From Coniocarpon cinnabarinum (lineage: Eukaryota): 64,000 bases of DNA. This document shows positions 60,977 to 64,000 of the stretch, piece by piece. The stretch covers positions 124,001 through 188,000 of the forward strand of contig JAVECO010000018.1 of the NCBI GenBank assembly GCA_051942205.1, read 5' to 3'. Under the pieces are notes generated by a model. It ran no database searches. It was not told the DNA's origin and saw only the letters and a program-made list of their open reading frames with translations. A program made the position numbers and the translations under genes. Numbering within the stretch: the first letter of the stretch is position 1; every line of letters begins with the position of its first letter.

Positions 60977-61949
60977 CTAGAAGACGGTCCCTCCCCCGTC
61001 GATTACCAGATCTGTTCCTGTGATGTAGGCAGACGCAAACTTCGAGCACAGCATCACCAACGGCCCTGTTAGTTCGGGCGGGCTTCCCATACGACCAAAT
61101 GGATTGCGCTCCGCCCAGATCTTGCGACCAATAGAATTCCCCTCCCCTTCATTAAGGATAGTGTCCATATACCCTGGGCTAAGGGTGTTCACGCGAATTC
61201 CATATCTGGCCCATTCCGCAGCCAGCGAATGAGCCATGCTCAATACAGCCGTTTTGCTGATGTTGTAGGCAACTTGAGGTTGAGGGAAGTTGACACGGTG
61301 AGCGCTAATGCTAGCAATGAAAACGATGCAACCTCCCCTTCCTTGGCGTCGCATTATCCTACCGGCTGCCTGTGCGCAAAGGAAAGTGCCAGTCGTGTTG
61401 ACGTCCAGCGTCCGGCGAAACTCTTGCTCTGTTATTTCCATTGCGTGTACCACTCCCACAATACCTGCGAAGCTCACCATAATGTCAATAGACCCTAGTT
61501 CTTCCACAACGGCCTCGAACACTTGGCCAATGACCCATGACCCAGAAGTGACGTTGAGTTGACGTGCAAGGATCTTCGCATTGGGAAAATCGCTCCTGAG
61601 GCGATCAATCTTGGCGTTTTCCTCTAGGCCTTGAATGTCCAATAACGCCAGGCCAGATGCACCGTGCTCCAGCAATGCTCTGGCAGCATGCATAGCAAGA
61701 TCACCAGTCCCGCCAGTAACTAAGTAAGTGCAATCAGTCCAAGACTTCGTACGGCTGCGCCCGGGAGAGGTCGGCCTCACGTATTGCATTACCATGGACC
61801 GCAAAGCGTGCTAGGGCCTTTTGCTCCGCCGTCATTTCATCTGGCAACGGTTGCGTAGGTGCAGTCATAGACTTCGGCGTTCCATTAGACAACGTCATTT
61901 GAAGGAGTTTGCGCTTCGTCAACTCCTCTCGAGCGGTGTTCGTGGCCAT
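60977..61949 (-). CDS. Short-chain dehydrogenase/reductase (D-arabinitol dehydrogenase / sorbose reductase-like), 2 exons
   Basis: Intron 61780-61720 joins ARFAVHGNAIL-TGGTGDLA. Motifs FAGIV, IASISAHRVNFPQPQVAYNISK, RVNTLSPGYMDT, ITGTDLVIDGG. Confidence 0.87.
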
Positions 61950-62427
61950 TGTCTCGGCAGTGCGGTCTGAATAGTGTTAAATGTATTGACAGTCGCAATG
62001 CGTCCCTCGTGTGTTCGACGCCTTCGTCTAGTCTGCAATATAGCAAGTCAGGTCATTCGTCAACTAAACGCCTCCACTTGCCACCGCCACCGTCGTAGAT
62101 CTCACGAAAATTGGTGCCAGTGGGGATCCATCAATATGTTATGCTGGGGTGAAGGAATATCTCACTTCCAGTGGCTCCCAATGCAAGTGCTGCTTTCGGC
62201 AACGCACGAGTTGGAAAAGTCCAATCGGATCAGCTGGAGTAGTCTTTAAATAGGCAGACTGTTGGGGTGCACGGACACTATAAGGGCGGAACCGATCTCA
62301 AGCGATGCGTTTATCGCACCATGCTGATGAGACTGTATTCAGATTTCAACTGAAATAGTCTCTTCCCCACTCTCAAAGCCGATCGGGAGAGTCTGCTCCG
62401 AGACATTGTGCTGTTTCAACCAGCGTG

Positions 62428-63240
62428 TCAGCCAAGTTCAATCTTGTCAAGGGCTGTCCAGAGCTGGCGAGCCTGTCCAGTGCGCTGCTGACGCCTTTGT
62501 AACTCTTGCCTAGTCTGAATTTCCGTGGGTGCTTTCAAACTGTTGTCGTTGGTAACTCCAACGCTTTGTAAAAGCTCATCGACCTTGCGCTTGTTTTCGT
62601 TGACGGCTTCTATCTGCTTGCGCAAGCCGTCCACACGATCCTGCATCATTTCTAAGAGTGTTTCGCGAGCTTGGTGAGGGCGATACTCATTCAACAGCTG
62701 ATGCGCATTGAGAAAGAGTATACGGAGATCCTCGATTTTCTCAGGAGCTGGGACCGGATTCGTTGCCAATATGTTCGTGAGTTCTAGAAAATTTAACATA
62801 ATGCTTCGCAGGAGGTGGGTGAAATTAGACGTCAATTCAGAAGGCAGCCCATGAGTTGACTGCACTCGTGATTCTAATAATCTCTCTGCTCCATACTCAT
62901 CCAAGGACGATATTTGGGTCGAGCCCAGCTAGCAAGTCTTTAATCACACAATGATGGCAAGTGCATGAGCGCTACAACTTACCTGCAAATTGACGCCAAA
63001 GCTTGTGTAATCGTTCAATTCCGGCAGACTCGGAGGGATCAAGTTTTGTAGATCCTCGGGAACATTGTCCGATGACAAGTCCCAGCCTAATTGCGCTTCC
63101 GACGTGGACTGACTCTGCGAGACATGCAATTGATGGTGCTCGCGAAGTTGCACAAGGTTTTCCGTCGTAAAATCTCGGTAGGTTGAGGGTGGAGCAGGCA
63201 AACCTTGAGGTACCTGATTGGACTGCTGCTCCTCTGCCAT
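62428..63240 (-). CDS. MED7: Mediator of RNA polymerase II subunit 7, 2 exons
   Basis: Intron 62982-62929. PAPPSTYRDFTTENL, LIPP..P..YTSFG, and the hallmark LFLNAHQLLNEYRPHQARETL..MM. Confidence 0.9.
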
Positions 63241-64000
63241 CAACCGCGACGACCGAGCCCTGCGCGCGCATCACCTAGATACTGCGATAAGTCAGTGTCA
63301 TCGTCAATGATGCTAAGGGGATAGGTTACTATCTAAGGTCTGCCGCCACGCGCGCCAGAATTAGGTATAAACAATACGCCAAGATTCAAATCACGTGATC
63401 TATAGTCGTTGTGCAAGTGTGTGATCACGAGAGCCACGCCTAAAATTATCTACAACCTTTTTTGTATTGATCACGTTGAAGGCGCCTTGCTCGACATATC
63501 AAGCGTATGAATTGAGTCAAGACTTCAGCTCTGACAGCGTGTCGAGACGCTTGACTGAGAAGATCGATAGACAAGAGTCTTAGGCTTAAATGCACCTCAT
63601 GTCCTACGCTCTTTCGAATATCATTCTCTTCAGTCAACTTCATGCGTCATGATACCTCGGGCAGCTTTCGACAATCGGAGTTCCGATCGCGGAAAAAGTA
63701 GAGCGCAGGAACAATCAGAAAGCTTTTGCAGCCGCTCCAAGCATACATGCTTACGTTCCGCCGTTCACGCAAACTCTACATGCCATTTCGACAGGCTGAC
63801 AGGAAGTATAGACTCGGCTAATTGATGGCAATGTCCGTTGGCAGCGCGCCAGGTAACACGGGAGCCAGTGGTGAAGGTGGTGACCACCCCGCTGATCAAG
63901 GCAATGGCCAAGACATAGTCAGGAAGACCATGATAAGCCCCAATTCTTTGCACCAACACCGATGAGTTGGCTCATCTTGTCGAGTGAAAATAGATAGGAA

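Noticed and set aside
63640..64000. Possible gene start at the right window edge
   Set aside because: Only short ORFs without recognisable motifs; it cannot be resolved without downstream sequence.
1..64000. Transposons, RIP-degraded repeats, tRNA/rRNA genes, riboswitches, CRISPR arrays
   Set aside because: No transposase or RT motifs, terminal repeats, strongly AT-shifted blocks, cloverleafs or repeat-spacer arrays were recognised by eye. Short or degenerate elements could have been missed.

Overview
This is a gene-dense, intron-containing window from a filamentous ascomycete (Pezizomycotina-type splice signals and gene set; a Dothideomycete-like origin is inferred from the NRPS architecture). 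Its centre (about 20.3-47.3 kb) is a ferrichrome/ferricrocin-type siderophore cluster. The cluster has a 7-exon, ~5,596-aa NRPS (A-T-C x4 + T-C-T-C, NPS2/SidC family), a divergent ABCB/MDR transporter and an L-ornithine N5-monooxygenase (sidA). The NRPS stays intact only if a GC-AG intron is spliced. Flanking genes are two PTH11-like membrane proteins, REI1, a peroxisomal alcohol oxidase, a MARVEL-like protein, an alpha/beta hydrolase, a PAP2 phosphatase, BFR2, a BSD/DOS2 protein, a SMI1/KNR4-domain protein, IND1, an SDR and MED7. Three elements are invisible to the ORF track: (1) a two-exon secreted prepro-peptide with an inhibitor-cystine-knot (knottin) cysteine pattern at 12787-13063 (-); (2) an intron-encoded box C/D snoRNA at ~52345-52432 in an apparently non-coding host transcript, with a 14-nt guide I recognise as complementary to LSU rRNA helix 38 (U73/SNORD73-like layout); (3) a candidate spliced 24-aa microprotein gene at 15045-15178. 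No transposon, tRNA, rRNA or CRISPR was recognised. All exon models and family calls were made by eye, without database searches.
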